A model generated the notes under the pieces. That model saw nothing but the letters and a program-made list of their open reading frames with translations, had not been told where the DNA came from and did not search any database. From contig JAGCNJ010000041.1 in the NCBI GenBank assembly GCA_017646005.1, positions 3,363-67,362 on the forward strand: DNA of 64,000 nt, given 5' to 3'. Position numbers and translations under genes: made by a program. Positions 62,402 to 64,000 of the stretch are shown piece by piece (the stretch's first letter is position 1; every line of letters starts with the position of its first letter). Origin of the DNA: Clostridia bacterium. Its GTDB lineage: Bacteria; Bacillota; Clostridia; Oscillospirales; CAG-272.

Positions 62402-63580
62402 ATGGCAAAGAGTAACAACGATGCTATGCTCGACTTTGACGTTGCCGCTTCCGGCAAGGCAGTTGACACTAGCAAAAAGTTAAGAATCGGTATCATCGGT
62501 ACCGGTTGGATCGCTGAAGCACACATCACAAATTATCAGAAGATGCCCGACGTTGAAATCGTGGGTCTCGCTGACCTCGTTCCCGGCAAGGCTGAGGCTT
62601 TTGCTAAGAAGTGGGGCGTTGAGGGTGCTAAGTACTATCTCAGCCACAAGGAAATGCTCGATGACGAGAGCCTTAAGCTTGACGGTGTAAGCGTTTGTAC
62701 ATACAATATGACTCACGCTGAATGTACAATCTACGCTCTTAACAAGGGTGTTAACGTACTTCTCGAAAAGCCTATGTGCGTTACTATGGAAGAAGCAGTT
62801 GAAATCTGCAAGGCTGAAAAGGCTTCCGGAAAGATCCTTTCCATCGGCTTCCAGCCCAGATTCGACCCCAACATGATCATGCTTAAGCAGGTAGTAGAAT
62901 CCGGCGTTCTCGGTAAGATCTACTACATCCAGACAGGTGGCGGTCGCCGCCGCGGTATCCCGACACCCTTCGGTACAACATTTATCGAAAAGGCAACAGG
63001 CGGTCTCGGCGCTCTCGGCGATATCGGATGCTACTCTCTCGATATGCTTCTTAACGCTATCGGCTATCCGAAGCCCCTCAGCGTAACAGGCTACACCTCC
63101 GATTACTTCGGCAAGGATCCTAACTATGTAGGCTACAAGAAGTCCGGTCACCCCGAATATGCAGAAAAGTTCGGCGTAGACGACTTTGCAGCAGGCTTTG
63201 TTCGTCTTGAAGGCGATATTATCCTCGACTTCCGTATCGCGTGGGCGATGAATATCGACACTCCCGGTGATGCTATCATCCTCGGTACAAAGGGCGGTCT
63301 CCGTATTCCTTCTACCGACTGCTGGAATGGCTCGATCGGCGGCAACCTCAAGCTCTACACAGAAGTAGGCGGCGAGCAGGTTATCACAGAAATTCCTATG
63401 AAGAAGAGCGACGTTCCCTGCTTCGAGGTTAAGATCCGTTCGTTCCTTGACGCTATCAAGGAAAACGGCACAGCTCCCGTTCCTGCAAGCCAGATTCTTT
63501 ACAATCAGGCTATCCTCTCCGGAATCAAGAAGTCCAACGACCTCGGTCACGAGATCGAAATCGAAATTCCCGAGATCTGA
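62402..63580 (+). CDS. Gfo/Idh/MocA-family NAD(P)-dependent oxidoreductase
   Basis: LRIGIIGTGWIAEAHITNYQKMPDVEIVGLADL Rossmann motif and LLEKPMCVTMEEA (EKP motif). Its own consensus promoter and terminator flank it. Confidence 0.88.
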   Translation: MAKSNNDAMLDFDVAASGKAVDTSKKLRIGIIGTGWIAEAHITNYQKMPDVEIVGLADLVPGKAEAFAKKWGVEGAKYYLSHKEMLDDESLKLDGVSVCTYNMTHAECTIYALNKGVNVLLEKPMCVTMEEAVEICKAEKASGKILSIGFQPRFDPNMIMLKQVVESGVLGKIYYIQTGGGRRRGIPTPFGTTFIEKATGGLGALGDIGCYSLDMLLNAIGYPKPLSVTGYTSDYFGKDPNYVGYKKSGHPEYAEKFGVDDFAAGFVRLEGDIILDFRIAWAMNIDTPGDAIILGTKGGLRIPSTDCWNGSIGGNLKLYTEVGGEQVITEIPMKKSDVPCFEVKIRSFLDAIKENGTAPVPASQILYNQAILSGIKKSNDLGHEIEIEIPEI

Positions 63581-63594
63581 GTTTAATAAGAACT

Positions 63595-63626
63595 GCCCGA
63601 AGCGGATGCTTCGGGCTTCTTTTTTG
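63595..63626 (+). terminator. rho-independent terminator
   Basis: GCCCGAAGC-GGAT-GCTTCGGGC stem followed by TTCTTTTTT. Confidence 0.85.
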
Positions 63627-63769
63627 CTTTCATTACACTATAGTATCCTCTTATTACGTTATAGTTACATTTTGAGACTAAATTTGGCAAAATCGGTTGA
63701 CATTTTTGTCGGCAGGATTTATAATTGAAGTATCAATAAATCGCCGGATTCGGCGGAATGGAGATTATT

Positions 63770-64000
63770 ATGAGTGACGTTGTTCTCAGTAACTACACAG
63801 AGCTTGCTAACGCAAAGCCTGCAGAAGTAAAGAAATTCAGAGTCGGTATCATCGGTACCGGCGGTATCGCACATCCCCACCTTGAAAATTACCTCAAAAT
63901 GCCCGACGTTGAAATCGTTTGCGGTGCGGATCTTGTTCCCGGCAAGGCAAAAGCATTCTTCGAGGAATTCAAGCTCGACGGTGTTCGCTGCTATACAGAT
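63770..64000 (+). CDS. Gfo/Idh/MocA-family oxidoreductase, paralog of the preceding gene (3' end outside window)
   Basis: Manual translation: MSDVVLSNYTELANAKPAEVKKFRVGIIGTGGIAHPHLENYLKMPDVEIVCGADLVPGKAKAFFEEF. RBS GGAG. The frame is open to the window end. Confidence 0.85.
   Translation, partial: MSDVVLSNYTELANAKPAEVKKFRVGIIGTGGIAHPHLENYLKMPDVEIVCGADLVPGKAKAFFEEFKLDGVRCYTD

Noticed and set aside
1-64000. Search for rRNA, tRNA, CRISPR arrays, transposases, integrases, prophage genes and cohesin modules.
   Set aside because: None was recognised in any intergenic region or ORF translation. The intergenic regions are short and are accounted for by promoters and terminators, apart from 21200-21660.

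Overview
This window comes from a spore-forming, Gram-positive Clostridia-type genome. Supporting signs are a spoIIIAA-AH operon, SLH and dockerin modules, very canonical TTGACA-17-TATAAT promoters and GGAGG-type RBSs. By my coordinate sum, about 38 kb (~60%) of the 64 kb belongs to one expanded family built on a right-handed beta-helix (pectate-lyase-fold) core. Six consecutive plus-strand giant genes fill 1-25714; the five complete ones encode 1319-1479 aa and have their own promoter-like elements, mostly also their own terminators. They carry a signal peptide, the beta-helix, an internal triad of SLH domains and 2-4 copies of a ~160-180 aa module I cannot assign to a known family. Other members are an SLH-terminal gene (41875-44511), a 1626-aa dockerin-bearing gene (44872-49752), and a dockerin/SGNH/Big_2 protein with the module but no beta-helix (49856-53881). 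A lipoprotein copy and two signal-peptide-less copies of the core lie on the minus strand (30243-36154). They sit in a cluster with ROK-like and AraC regulators, a GHL10-amidase fusion and two tiny acidic ORFs that are absent from the ORF track. A cytoplasmic GH2 beta-mannosidase occupies the slot of a missing paralog: a paralog-type promoter lies 5' of it and a 255-nt paralog 3' remnant with an in-frame TGA lies 3'. Housekeeping genes are a VanY-type carboxypeptidase, ispD, eno, yajC and two Gfo/Idh/MocA oxidoreductases. I recognised no rRNA, tRNA, CRISPR, transposase or integrase. All domain calls come from motif recognition by eye; no database search or folding computation was run.
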